Notes under the pieces: generated by a model
Seen by the model: only the letters and a program-made list of their open reading frames with translations
The model's database searches: none
What the model was told of the DNA's origin: nothing
Translations under genes and position numbers: made by a program
In this document: positions 29,512-40,028 of the stretch, piece after piece
How positions within the stretch are numbered: the stretch's first letter is position 1
How the letters are laid out: each line of letters starts with the position of its first letter
Assembly: GCA_963820525.1 (NCBI GenBank)
Contig: CAWGAA010000004.1
Span: forward strand, 1-45,208
Direction of reading: 5' to 3'
Length of the DNA: 45,208 nucleotides
From: an uncultured Spirochaetota bacterium
GTDB lineage: Bacteria > Spirochaetota > Spirochaetia > SZUA-6 > Fen-1364

Positions 29512-30609
29512 TCAGCTCATCGCCGGAAACATCCATTCGTGGGAATCGTATACGGCGCCGTACTGGATCCCTTTCAAAGTCTTCAGGAGCGCATGCGTCA
29601 CCTCGCCCATCTTCCCATCGCCGAAGGCTGCCGTCTTTCCCTCGTGAGTGAGCGAGTCGAAGGAGGTGATGCCGGCGGCGGTGCCCGTGACGAAAGCCTC
29701 CTTCGCATTCTGGAATACCTCCTCCACGGAGACGCGGCGCTCCTCCGTTTTCATCCCCATTTCCTGGGCAAGGACGAGGACGCTCTTCCGGGTTATGCCG
29801 GGCAGGATCGTGTCCTGCAGGCTCGGAGTGACAATGGTGCCGTCGCGGAGCACGAAGAAGATGTTGCAGGAGGAGCCCTCCTCGAAGTAGCGGTGCTCCG
29901 CCGCGTCCAGGAAGATCGCTTCCATATATCCGGCGTCCTCCGCCTCCTTCTTGGCCAGCGCGCTGGTGAGGTAGTTTGCATCGGTCTTGATCCAGCCCGT
30001 GCCGCCGGGGTTCGCCCGTACCCGCTTCGTGGTGACGGCATGAGAGCGGCCCGGCTTGAAGTAGGATCCGACCGGCGTGGCAACGACGATGACCCAGGGG
30101 CGCTTGCTGATCCCGACTCCAATGCCGGGCTCTGCGTAGCTGAATGGCCGGACATACAGGGCGGCTCCGGATTGGAAATCGTCATCAGCCCAGCCGGGAT
30201 CGTACTGCGGGGCGAAACCGGTCCTCTGGTTCCTGCCCGCCACGGTGCACACGGCCGAGAGAAAGACCTGCCAGGGGAAGCCGGGCATATAGAGCCCCTT
30301 CATGGAGGATTCGAATCTCCTGCCGTTCTCGTCGGGGCGGAAGAGTTTCATGGTCCCGTCGGGCTGCGGAAATGCCTTGAGCCCCTCGAAGCAGCCCATC
30401 CCATACTGCGTGGTGTAGTTCACCAGGGGGAGGTCGGGAAAGTTGTTGCGCAAGAGGAGGAGCTCTTCCCTCTGCTCCGGATCCATCTCCTCCTCCTCTT
30501 GTGGAGAGTGGTGGGGCTGCTCGATGTACTGCTCCTTCCAGCCGCCGCCTTCCTGGTACTGGGCGCGGTAGACCCATGGACAGATCTCGAGGCTGAATCC
30601 CTTGGCCAT
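29512..30609 (-). CDS. ilvE: Branched-chain amino acid aminotransferase (PLP fold IV)
   Basis: QYGMGCFEGLKAF, LFRPDEN, LYVRPF, GTGWIK..ANY (catalytic Lys), EEGSSCNIF, ILPGITR and GTAAGI motifs. Confidence 0.92.
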   Translation of the reverse strand: MAKGFSLEICPWVYRAQYQEGGGWKEQYIEQPHHSPQEEEEMDPEQREELLLLRNNFPDLPLVNYTTQYGMGCFEGLKAFPQPDGTMKLFRPDENGRRFESSMKGLYMPGFPWQVFLSAVCTVAGRNQRTGFAPQYDPGWADDDFQSGAALYVRPFSYAEPGIGVGISKRPWVIVVATPVGSYFKPGRSHAVTTKRVRANPGGTGWIKTDANYLTSALAKKEAEDAGYMEAIFLDAAEHRYFEEGSSCNIFFVLRDGTIVTPSLQDTILPGITRKSVLVLAQEMGMKTEERRVSVEEVFQNAKEAFVTGTAAGITSFDSLTHEGKTAAFGDGKMGEVTHALLKTLKGIQYGAVYDSHEWMFPAMS

Positions 30610-30731
30610 ACGAACCTCCAGGAGAAACCATATCAGGAAGGACCCGGAATTCCAACGGGGAGGGGCTTTTTTTGTCCCATTTTTTGCTTTGGATTAAACA
30701 GGTGAAGTGTCGATCATAGCAATGGCCGGAT

Positions 30732-31040
30732 ATGGAACATACCAGAGACCACATCATATTTTTCATGGCACAGAAGATGTACTTCCTGGAGAAGATGGGC
30801 CAGAAAGAGGTTTTCAACAGGCTGGTCGAGCATTTCGAGCAGATCAACCTCGACCGGCTTCTGGAATACCTGACCCGCTACTACTCCCTGGACATCGAGC
30901 GGGAGCTCGACGATTTCTACCTGAGCGAGGGCGAGCTGGTGTTCATCTCTCGCAAGAAGTCCTTCCGGTACAAACACGTCTACAGGGACAGCCACCTCCG
31001 CCTGGTTGGAATCGAGACTCCCGGCGAAGAGGCGTGCTAG
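30732..31040 (+). CDS. Hypothetical protein
   Basis: 102 aa with host-like codon usage; its TAG stop lies in the MITE target site. Confidence 0.6.
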   Translation: MEHTRDHIIFFMAQKMYFLEKMGQKEVFNRLVEHFEQINLDRLLEYLTRYYSLDIERELDDFYLSEGELVFISRKKSFRYKHVYRDSHLRLVGIETPGEEAC

Positions 31041-31168
31041 GAGCCTGTCGGACTTTGGCCGTTTCCTGCATAAAAATTCAGCAGACAGGCCGCCGGTGTA
31101 TGTTTATGCAGGTTTCCTCGGGTTGTTGTGCATGAACATACACAAAAGCAGGCAAGTCCGACAGGCTC
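31041..31168. mobile_element. 128-bp MITE with 15-bp terminal inverted repeats and CTAG flanks
   Basis: GAGCCTGTCGGACTT (31041-55) and AAGTCCGACAGGCTC (31154-68) are perfect inverted repeats; CTAG at 31037-40 and 31169-72; no transposase inside. Confidence 0.8.
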
Positions 31169-31212
31169 CTAGCCCGGCCCCGCAATGGGGCGGGCCCCCC
31201 CTAGGCACCCGC

Positions 31213-32178
31213 CTAAACGACCGGCGTTTCCCACTTGATCTGTTTTTCAAGGATGAGAGCGATCTCCACTCGAAAGCCATCGGCGATCCCCGCCACGCAT
31301 CTTTCCGGCTCGAAGCGCGGCATCACGCGGCAGATCGTTCTGTAGACGCTCACCTCCTGCTCGATGGACCGGATCGCCTCCTGGCGCTGATCGTACAACC
31401 TCACGAGGATCTCGCGGGTCTTGTACTTCTCGTCCCTGGCGTGGGCAAGGGTTGAGCGTATCCGCGAGAACTCCTTCGCCTGGGCCGTAAGCAGGGGGCC
31501 GAGCTCCTTCAAGGGAAACAGGGAAAGCGAGAAGCTCTCGTCGCGGCCGCTTCTGCCCTCCATCTCCTCTTGGAGAACGGTAAGATAGTTCTTCCGGATG
31601 CTGCCGGTGATTCCATTGAAGGAGCCTATGAAATTGCGCAGGAACGAGGCCCGCATCTCCGGCTTGATGGTCGGCAGAAGCTCCTTCAGCTTCCTGTTTT
31701 CCTTGTTGTAGAGCTGTACCTGCATGAGGATGTTCTTGATCGCGGAATGGGCGCGCAGCGCGGGATTCGCCTTTATTCGCGCGCCCACGTCGGAGAGGAT
31801 GACGTTGATCTGCATGTCATCCACGGGGAACTCTTTCTTTTCCTGTTCCTGTCCCTTGGAAACGGGGACCAGCTCCAGCGCGATGAGCCGCTGGATCAGG
31901 GTTGAAAGGAGAAGAAGGGTCAGGGCCCTCTCCTGCTCAACGATTTCTTCCACGGCGAGGCTCTTATAGCGGACCATTTCCAGCACGGAGAGGACCGGGC
32001 TCAGAGTGCTCCTCTTGAGCTCAATGATTCCCTGCTCAACGGAGAGGCGGAGCTTCGCCATGGCTTCCTTGAGCTCCGCCGTGCTCGGGTTGAGAAGCTC
32101 CATCAGCCCGTACAGATCGTTCAGCTTGTCTTTTAGATCGATCCAGTCTCCGCTGATGCGTTTTTCAAGCTCAAGCAT
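31213..32178 (-). CDS. Hypothetical alpha-helical protein
   Basis: 321-aa ORF with host-like codon usage; no family recognised. Confidence 0.7.
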   Translation of the reverse strand: MLELEKRISGDWIDLKDKLNDLYGLMELLNPSTAELKEAMAKLRLSVEQGIIELKRSTLSPVLSVLEMVRYKSLAVEEIVEQERALTLLLLSTLIQRLIALELVPVSKGQEQEKKEFPVDDMQINVILSDVGARIKANPALRAHSAIKNILMQVQLYNKENRKLKELLPTIKPEMRASFLRNFIGSFNGITGSIRKNYLTVLQEEMEGRSGRDESFSLSLFPLKELGPLLTAQAKEFSRIRSTLAHARDEKYKTREILVRLYDQRQEAIRSIEQEVSVYRTICRVMPRFEPERCVAGIADGFRVEIALILEKQIKWETPVV

Positions 32179-32452
32179 CTCTTTTTACTGTAGTCGCTTT
32201 TTGCGTGATGTGCAACTCTCGGCGCTCGCCGGCTGAGGGGCGAGAGCTTCATCTGTCGCCCAGGAGTGCGCGGGCATCCCATCCATCGTAGGAGCGCGGC
32301 GTGGGGCGTATGACAGCGGGTCGCCCGGCGGCGCCCCACCAGCAGGGATGACCCCGCCACGGCGGCCCCAACCGCCTAGCGACCTGGCCACTTGCGGCCC
32401 CAATCGCGATGTCGGTATCTCCCATTGAATGACATGAGGCAAGGAGGTGCCA

Positions 32453-32872
32453 ATGAACAATCTCAATTCCATCCTTATCGAAGGGAACCTGGTGCGGGAT
32501 CCCGAGCTGTCCTACACGGACAAGGGGGTGCCGATCTGCAAGTTCGCCGTGGCGTGCAGTCGCTCCTTCAAGCAGGATGAGGAGTACCAGAAGGAGGTCT
32601 CCTACTTCGACGTCACCACGTGGAACCGGCTTGCCGAAGTGTGCGCCGAATACCTGAAAAAGGGACGCGGCGTGCGCGTGGTGGGCAGGCTGAAACAGGA
32701 CCGCTGGACGGATCCCGAGGGCAAAGGAAGGTCCAAGGTCCTCATCGTCGCCGAGCACGTAGAGTTCAAGCCCCAGCCCAAGAAGGACGGGGATCCCGGT
32801 GCTGAGGAGGAGAAGCCGACAGAGGGCGCGGAGGAAGAGCTGGAGGAGGTGAAGGAGGCGGCAAGCTTCTGA
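32453..32872 (+). CDS. ssb: Single-stranded DNA-binding protein
   Basis: ATG 32453 after AAGGAGG; NSILIEGNLVRDPE, YFDVTTW, LKKGRGVRVVGRL motifs; acidic tail ending in F. Confidence 0.93.
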   Translation: MNNLNSILIEGNLVRDPELSYTDKGVPICKFAVACSRSFKQDEEYQKEVSYFDVTTWNRLAEVCAEYLKKGRGVRVVGRLKQDRWTDPEGKGRSKVLIVAEHVEFKPQPKKDGDPGAEEEKPTEGAEEELEEVKEAASF

Positions 32873-33273
32873 GCCTAGCGGGGCGGGGGCGCTGCCGGAT
32901 GCGGGCGTCCCCGCCGCAATTTCAGGTCCGCCGGGACCCGCGGCCGGACGGCCCTCAAATAGAGACCTCTGGAGCTTGCTCTTTCTGGGCATTTCGGCCC
33001 GAAATCTTACACCAGGCCTCGCGCCGATTCAACGATTATTCAACGCTTTTCCCGACGTTCGTGGAACGCCCTTCATCGAGTTCCTGTTTTTCATCGTGCT
33101 CTCGACCCTCGGCGCATTTTCCTATCTCGGCAAGCTTATCCAGAACCGCACGGGATTGAACCTGATGCTGTCGCTCGGACTAACGAACGCCGCGCCGCCG
33201 AATCTTCGATCATCACAACCGCTCGAGACTTGGCGCCCGCCCAGCGGGGAATCGTCAAGTCAGCGGCGTCCTT

Positions 33274-33339
33274 AGCGATGGTCGGAAGCCTCGCCTTCGC
33301 GACAGCGGGAGCCCTACCATCGCTCTTTTGCGGGAGCGT
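33274..33339 (+). terminator. Possible terminator-like stem-loop at the edge of the accessory region
   Basis: AGCGATGGT...ACCATCGCT inverted repeat followed by CTTTT. Confidence 0.3.
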
Positions 33340-33503
33340 CCCGGAGTGAAAATCGAAGCACGCGCAGCGCGCTGACGATCAGAACTTTAAAAATAATCAG
33401 CAAAACGTTAGCCATCTGACTTCATAATTATAGGCGCTAAATCTTGTATAATACACATTACCAAGGAGAAAAGTTCAACTATAAAAAGCACGGAGGTGTC
33501 GAA

Positions 33504-34825
33504 ATGATTAAAAGAATTTTTCTCGCAGGTCTTTCCCTTCTCTTCGTCTTTTTCTTTTTTTCTTGCCCGGCACAGCAGGGGGGAACAAGCTACACCATTA
33601 CCGGCACTATACATGATGCGTATAATGGTGCCCTGATTCCCGGCGCGACGTTCAGGTTCGCGGATAAAAGCAGCACGACCGGCAGCGACGGTGCCTTTAG
33701 CATCGATTTGGGAACCACGGGAGGGGTTCTCACCGGATCCGTAGGCGTCTCTGCCAACGGCTATTCCTTCGCGTACATCGATACAATCGAGGTGAATACC
33801 GTGCGGACAACAACCAGCTCACCCTCAAGTTGAGGCCGCTCAGCATTGTGACCTATACGCCGAAGGTTCTGCACTGCAAAATAAACGATACGGACGGGAC
33901 CACCGAAATAACGGATGCCGCGGTGACCCTCGCCACCATGGCGAAGAACGGCTCCCTTATTGGCGCTGCGGGGCAGGGTGTCACATATGACTCCGGAAAT
34001 GGGTACTATCCATTTGCTACCAGCACATATTCGGCCGACAGCATGGTATTTGCTTGGGCAATTTTCACCGCCGATCATACGAAGGATTTCATCGTTCATT
34101 CAACCGGGGTCGATTTGAGCGGACCAGGACCTATCGACGTCAGTCTCACCAAACCGAGCACCGGGTTCCATGACGTCAGCGTGACCGTCGACTCGGCAAA
34201 TTGCGAGGCCCAAGGGAACTACATTACTCCGTACGGGACAATCCCGATTTTCGCCAGGTACACGACCCAGGGAAATTCAGTACTGAATAATTCGATCGTT
34301 TTCCTTGACGGAACGACCACGGAAACCGTCACCGTCTACAATCCTGATTCCTGGCAATGCTTCTGGGCCCAGATGAAGCACGACACCGCCTACTCCGGCA
34401 CAGGTTATAAGAACCTCATGAGCACGTCGGCGATCATGGTGCTGCCGTCGGCGGTGACGATTCCATCGATCGATGCCGGGATCGGTCCCACCGCAGACCC
34501 CAATCTGAGCTCGTGGCAGTACAACTATACGACAGGAGCTTTGTCGATCGACGCCATCGCGGGGACGCTGAGCTATCAATATGCTGTTTCCGATGCAACG
34601 ATCAGCTGGGGAACGATCGTACTGCTCAACAATGCCGCGACATTGCCCGCCTGGCTGACGAGCATTCTCTACGGCAAATCGCCCCTGACTTTCTCCTTAA
34701 CGCCCGTAGGTTCCGATCTGACCGCGTATAAGCTTTCGTTTGCGAACCTCGACTCGTTCCCGCCCTCGGCCCGTCTCGGGCTCCTGCAAGCGAGTCAAAA
34801 CAACCCCTATACGAAGACCTTTTAG
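33504..34825 (+). pseudogene. Thr/Ser-rich beta-sandwich lipoprotein (carboxypeptidase-regulatory-like N-domain) split by a -1 frameshift near 33800
   Basis: ATG 33504 after GGAGG; lipobox FFFSC; ITGTIHDA...TTGSDGAFSI; continues in another frame as ADNNQLTLKLRPLS into the 33830-34825 ORF (about 440 aa when joined). Confidence 0.7.
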
Positions 34826-34986
34826 GTTTCACCGGGGGATCCGGAAATGCCCGGATCCTCCGGATCGTTCCCCCATCAAGGCCGGTTCGCATTAGCCCGC
34901 GCAACCGCTTCCCCCTCCTTGCGTCGCGCGTTCAACTCGATTATATAATCAGGAAGCCTTGGGGTGCGGATGCAAAGGAGAAAAGG

Positions 34987-35170
34987 ATGTCGGATACGAT
35001 TCTCGTCGGGTATGCGACGCGCAGCGGTTCGACGTGGGAAATAGCGGAGGCATTCGCGGCTGCGGTTCCCTTTGAACTTGTTCCCGGCCCTCAAGAATAT
35101 GCCTGCCAGCGACATCCGGGACTGGGAAACGATACGCGCCTGGACGCACGACGTGAGCAAGATGCTATGA
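34987..35170 (+). pseudogene. Flavodoxin (HemG-like) relic with large internal deletion
   Basis: N-terminal ILVGYATRSGSTWEIAE joined near 35060, out of frame, to C-terminal LRFPLNLFP...DIRDWETIRAW...*. Confidence 0.75.
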
Positions 35171-35645
35171 CCAAACGATCGTCAGGCGCGGCAGTAGCGG
35201 TCGCGGATTCTTCATGGAGACCGCTGTATACGGCGGGAGGGGCGGCTGCGCTCCTTTACATCGCCATGATAATCGTGCCGATGGTGCTCGTCTTCGCTGT
35301 TCCGCAGCCAACGACGCCGGGCGGGGCCGCCCTCCTCCAATACATCGCCGCCACCAAGCCGGCCTACATCATCGAGCTGGTGTAGCTCGTCGGACTGAGC
35401 GTGCCGGCCATCGTGGTTTTCCTCGCGCTCTCCGCGGCGCTGAAGGACCTGAACAAGCACTGGGTTGCGATCGGGGCCGTGGTCGCCATCGGCTCCGAGA
35501 TCATCGCTCTGGCGTTGGGAAGCAGTCCCCTTCGCTCCACGGCGGTCTCGTACTTTTAAGCAATCAATACGCCGCCGATGCCGAGCGCATCGCCCTCGCA
35601 ATCGCGGCCGAAGGCCTTATCGCGGCGACAAACGCGGTTTCAGTG
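35167..35645 (+). pseudogene. DUF4386-like membrane protein pseudogene
   Basis: WRPLYTAGGAAAL...; in-frame TAG 35383-85; frameshift near 35525 into LVLLSNQYAA...AEGLIA; truncated. Confidence 0.6.
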
Positions 35646-35831
35646 TACGAGCTATTTCTGCGTGGGATCTACGACAGAAGTTCTTCGACGAGGCCCAGAT
35701 CTTGTGGCAGGACAGCGACGTCCACGTCCGAAGCTGTCTCGCCACCGAGCTCCTCCCAACCGTGGAGCACGCAGTAGGGGACGCCAGAGCGCTCCAGTAG
35801 TTCCAGTATCGCGGAATAAAAGGTTTCCGGC

Positions 35832-36509
35832 CTATCGATCCGCAGGTGGGCGACTCATCTGCTCGCGGCCAGCAATCGCCTGTACGAAGATTGTGCCGCC
35901 CAGACGCGGCAGCCGGCTTAGCAGGAATGCGCCAAGCACGAACAATCCGGGTGGAAGATGTCGCGAGCGCTGGTGGCACGTGTCCAGCTCAATTGGCTCA
36001 AAGCCGTGACGTCGGAGCAGATTTGCTAGGTTGTAGAAATTGAACGACATTACGTGTTCACGTCCTTCTCCAAAGCGGTGCGCCATAAATCTAATAAAAT
36101 TGAACAATCCGAAGGCATTGGGAGTGGTTAGCAGGACATCCGTATCAGCACGGCACAGACGATGGATGCCGTCGAGCAGCCGTCCTGGATTGGAGACATG
36201 TTCGATAATATCAGCTGCCAGAATTACATCGAATTCCGGTCGCAGCGCTTCAATCTCCTCCAGCGCTTGGACGTCCCCGACAACGATATTGGCGGCCAGG
36301 TCGCTTTCGCGCAGTCGCGCGACTACGTTCGCCGAGTTGTCTACACCGATTACACTCGCCACCTGCGACAGCCGCCAGTGCAGAGTCTCAGGGAAACGCA
36401 GCACGCGCTCTTCACTCGGGAGATCCGTCAGGCCCACACAGCCCAGATGCAGCACCCGCTTGCCGCGGCAGAACTGTAATATGAAACCATCCCGGTCAAC
36501 GTAGCGCAT
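35832..36509 (-). CDS. Class I SAM-dependent methyltransferase
   Basis: KRVLHLGC, IGVDN, FDVILAADIIEHVSNPG and LLTTPN motifs. Confidence 0.88.
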   Translation of the reverse strand: MRYVDRDGFILQFCRGKRVLHLGCVGLTDLPSEERVLRFPETLHWRLSQVASVIGVDNSANVVARLRESDLAANIVVGDVQALEEIEALRPEFDVILAADIIEHVSNPGRLLDGIHRLCRADTDVLLTTPNAFGLFNFIRFMAHRFGEGREHVMSFNFYNLANLLRRHGFEPIELDTCHQRSRHLPPGLFVLGAFLLSRLPRLGGTIFVQAIAGREQMSRPPADR

Positions 36510-36925
36510 TGCGTCTGGAAACCACAGCGACCGTCATTCCTCGCGCATCGGCGATAATCGCCCACATCCCCGAAGGCGCTTTCTATCTTAACGTCACATC
36601 CAGCAGGTGGCAAGAGTCCCGGGCAGCGTTTCGTTGCGTTCGCTGGTCGGCGGCTGGCTCAGCGGAGCGACAAATGTGATGAAGTCGACTCCGCAATTTC
36701 GCCCAGGAATTCAGTTTTCACCATGCTCTACCATCTCGGCAGCACCTGTCCACTTCGGGCAAAGAACGGCCTTACCGAAGGCTCAGGCCAAGCTCGATGG
36801 CCAAATGATAGTAACTACTATAGAAGCGGCCAGCGGGGTGCAGCGGCGAGAGGAGGCAGGGGGCCCCGTACATCCGCACATGGTGCATGGATAGACGAAC
36901 CCCAGGCGGAACGAAAAGCGAGGAA

Positions 36926-37530
36926 TCAGTTCAGCGACGCCGGATCCAAGCCGGGTGGCGGCTTTGCGATCTTGATGAGATGCCGCAAGATTTTCAGTAT
37001 TTGCGTGGGCTCTGTGATGACGGCGAGCACCCTCATGGGTTCGCCACACCGAGAGCAGGTCAGGGGATCCGCCTCGTAGACCTTCTTGATCAGCCGAGCC
37101 CAGGCGGCACAGCTCTGCTTGGCCGAGACGGGGCAGTCGAACTGCTGCTGGTCGGGCAGACCGATCCGGAGAGCGGGTTGGGGTGGATGGGCGCGCTTCC
37201 AGCCCTCTGGGGCGAGGCGGACGAGGTGAGGGGTGCGGGACCACCCTCTCGGCGTGCACGCGCGCCTGCCGGGCAAGGAGTGCCGCGAGTTCGAGATGAG
37301 TACAAGCCGTAGCTGCGGCCTCCCGCAGGGCTGCGCCCTGCTGCCGGCCAGGGGATGAGTCGATTGCGTGATTCGGGCAAGTGCTGAAGGACCTCGGCGA
37401 GAAACTCGATGGCCGGGAAAATCCTGGAATCGGTGCAACGCCGTCAAATCAGTGTCCCAGGCGGGAGAAAACGCCCTCCGGCAGCTCGATGGCTGGTGGC
37501 CGGTGTCATTCCCGGAAACGCTGCGGGCCA
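36926..37530 (-). mobile_element. Degraded IS91-family (Y2 HUH) transposase remnant
   Basis: C-terminal WARLIKKVYEADPLTCSRCGEPMRVLAVITE..ILKILRHL; RSYGLYSSRTRG and LARITQ fragments upstream, split across different frames. Confidence 0.8.
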
Positions 37531-37702
37531 TTCCCGGGAGGTTCGCCCTGTAGCACTCTACGACAGCGTTTCGTTTCTACGGTTACTTGTGTGGCGTGTA
37601 CGTTGAATATATATTGGTGTCGTGATGCTGGAGGAATAAGACCCGGGAGTATAGGGAAAATGCATATACGTATCGTTCTTCTCCAGTGGGGGGAGGAAGC
37701 AT

Positions 37703-38782
37703 ATGGCGAAATTGTTCAATCAGGAATTGACCCGATTCGATTTGCTTCAGAGGGTAGGGGATATCTCGCAAGTTGCAGGAGCTCGGCTCATGAGACTTGA
37801 GGACGGACGCGAAGAAGGCGTGCGCCTCATTGAGGTGCGAACGGGAACCGGCTTCCGATACAATGTACTACCTTCCCGGGGAATGGACGTCTCCCATGCC
37901 GAATACCGGGGAATTCCTTTGTCCTGGCGGTCCTGTACGGGCGATGTATCCCCTGTCTTCTACGAACCAACTGGAGACGGATGGCATCGCCTTTTCTACG
38001 GTGGAATGGTGATCACGTGTGGCCTGAACAATGTAGGATCTCCATGCGTAGATGGAGAAGAACTCGGGCGTCACGGAAGGATATCTGCCACACCGGCTGA
38101 ATCTGTGTCTGCGGATGGACGATGGGAGGGAGATGAATATATTCTCACCGTTCAGGGGAGAATGAAACAAGCGGCTTTTGGGGGTGAGAATCTCATCATG
38201 ACCAGGCGCATTCAAAGCCAATTGGGTGCATCCTGGTTCAGAATCGAAGATGAGGTCGAAAATCTTGGCTTCAAGCCCGCGCCTTTGATGTTCCTCTACC
38301 ATGTGAATGTGGGGTTTCCACTCTTGAGCAAGGAAAGCACCGTTCTCATTCCTTCGAAGAAAGTCACCACCATTGATGCGTCTATTAATGCGAAAGACTT
38401 CAACAAATTCCATGATCCCATGCCTGACGCATCGAGCGAGGTATTCTACCACGATACCGCGTCTGATTCCGACGGGATCGTTACGGTAGCTTTCATCAAT
38501 CAAAAGCTTCCGCTCGGGCTCTATATCCGATACAGAAAAGACCAGCTCAAGAATCTGGTCCAGTGGAAAATGCTTGGCCAAGGGGATTACGTCGTAGGGA
38601 TTGAACCCGCCAATTGCCACGTTGAAGGTCGGGCTGCGGAACGCGCCAAAGGGACCCTGGAATTTATTGCCCGGGGTGAAAAGAGACAGTTTCACCTTGA
38701 ACTGGGCATAGTGGATTCAAAAACCGAATTCGAAAAATTGAGAAAAAAAACAGAACAATGTACAAAAAGGGATCGGGGATAG
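37703..38782 (+). CDS. Aldose 1-epimerase superfamily protein (DUF4432-like)
   Basis: LPSRGMDV, TCGL.NVG.P, HGRIS, MFLYHVNVGFP and VVGIEPAN motifs; GGAGG RBS. Confidence 0.88.
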   Translation: MAKLFNQELTRFDLLQRVGDISQVAGARLMRLEDGREEGVRLIEVRTGTGFRYNVLPSRGMDVSHAEYRGIPLSWRSCTGDVSPVFYEPTGDGWHRLFYGGMVITCGLNNVGSPCVDGEELGRHGRISATPAESVSADGRWEGDEYILTVQGRMKQAAFGGENLIMTRRIQSQLGASWFRIEDEVENLGFKPAPLMFLYHVNVGFPLLSKESTVLIPSKKVTTIDASINAKDFNKFHDPMPDASSEVFYHDTASDSDGIVTVAFINQKLPLGLYIRYRKDQLKNLVQWKMLGQGDYVVGIEPANCHVEGRAAERAKGTLEFIARGEKRQFHLELGIVDSKTEFEKLRKKTEQCTKRDRG

Positions 38783-38922
38783 AGCCCCGTTACAACCCTC
38801 CCAGAAGCAATCGATCTCCGCGGGGCCCCGACCGTCGCCCGATGGCGCGACGCGCGTCTCGCGCGCTTGCCAGAAAGCCTCTTTTGACAATCCTATCATG
38901 TGCACGTTGGAGAGGGCGTACG

Positions 38923-39075
38923 ATGCCGGCTTTGAAGGGCAGAGTGGCGATCGTCACTGGCTCATCCGGCATGACCGGCGGCACTTCGAGTGTTCACTGT
39001 GCGGCTGTAAAGGGTGGGGTGATCCCCCTCACGAAGTCGCTCGGCAAAGAGTTTGACTCGCAGGGAATTACTGTT
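38923..39075 (+). pseudogene. SDR oxidoreductase relic, internally deleted and truncated
   Basis: [12 protein letters not shown] fused directly to [14 protein letters not shown]...LTKSLGKEF...GITV; catalytic Tyr appears replaced by Cys. Confidence 0.75.
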
Positions 39076-39234
39076 CAGGACCTTCATGAGCGTCGACTTT
39101 CCCGCGCCGTTCTCGCCCAGGAGAACGTGCACCTCGCCTTCCCGAAGGTCGAAGTCCACGTGGTCGAGTGCATGGACGCCCGGGAATCTCTTATCGATCC
39201 GGACCATCTGGAGCACCGGTTGTCCAGTATCCAC
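39076..39234 (-). pseudogene. N-terminal fragment of an RbsA/MglA-like sugar ABC ATPase
   Basis: [39 protein letters not shown], cut right after Walker A at the junction with the SDR relic. Confidence 0.85.
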
Positions 39235-39265
39235 CTTGTCTGCTCCCGTCAGTAGCGCGGGTCGT

Positions 39266-40027
39266 TCACTGGGCGGTGTAGCCGCCGTCGATGCTCAGGA
39301 TAGCGCCCGTTGCGTAGCCCGCTTCCGCGCTGGCCAGATAGAGGATTGCGGAGGCGATCTCCTCGGGTGTCCCCAGCCTGTTCGCCGGTCGCGTCTGCTC
39401 GAGGCTGCGACGCATAGACTGCGGATCAGTCGATTTCGCGAGCGCTGACTGCACAAGCGGAGTATCCGTCGTCCCCGGGCAGACGCAGTTCACGCGGATC
39501 CCGCGTGAAGCGAAGTCGACCGCGCAGCTTTTCGTCAATTCTATCATGCCGCTTTTCGACACGTTATACGCAACCTGGCCCGGAATCCCCACGAGACCCG
39601 CTTCAGAAGCCACGTTGACGATCACGCCGCCCGAGCCCCTCGTCATCGCCGGCACCGCGTATTTCGTGCAAAGGAAGGCGCCGGTGAGATTCACGGCAAG
39701 GATTTTATCCCATACCTCACGAGGAGTGTTCAGGGCATCCGCCTTGTAATAGATTCCCGCATTGTTCACCAAGATGTCCAGGCGTCCCCATCGGGCCATG
39801 ACGGCATCGAAAAGCGACCTGACCGCCGGCTCGTCGGACACGTCGATTGGGAGGGCCTGCGCCTCACCTCCGGCGCGGCGGATTTCCTCGGCGACCCGGT
39901 TTCCCGACTCCTTGTCCATGTCGGCAATCGCGGCTCTGGCTCCTCCCTTTGCCAAAGCGAGAACGGCAGCCCGTCCGATTCCCGACGAACCTCCCGTGAC
40001 AACCGCGACTCTTCCCGTAAACTGCAT
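39266..40027 (-). CDS. Classical SDR family oxidoreductase
   Basis: Start ATG 40027; [21 protein letters not shown] and NCVCPG motifs. Confidence 0.92.
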   Translation of the reverse strand: MQFTGRVAVVTGGSSGIGRAAVLALAKGGARAAIADMDKESGNRVAEEIRRAGGEAQALPIDVSDEPAVRSLFDAVMARWGRLDILVNNAGIYYKADALNTPREVWDKILAVNLTGAFLCTKYAVPAMTRGSGGVIVNVASEAGLVGIPGQVAYNVSKSGMIELTKSCAVDFASRGIRVNCVCPGTTDTPLVQSALAKSTDPQSMRRSLEQTRPANRLGTPEEIASAILYLASAEAGYATGAILSIDGGYTAQ

Positions 40028-40028
40028 T

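Noticed and set aside
4192..30705. Long antisense or alternate-frame ORFs (e.g. 5557-7011, 21933-23621, 18046-19578, 29539-30705)
   Set aside because: Shadow ORFs expected from high GC3 codon bias over genuine genes.
32180..32450. Possible structured ncRNA upstream of ssb
   Set aside because: GC-rich hairpins are possible, but no recognisable RNA family motif; an Rfam/Infernal search would be needed.
32976..33275. 99-aa ORF with one hydrophobic segment
   Set aside because: No RBS or recognisable family; may be a fragment and cannot be supported.
35383..35385. In-frame TAG as possible pyrrolysine or readthrough site
   Set aside because: The same gene also has a frameshift and truncation; ordinary decay explains it.
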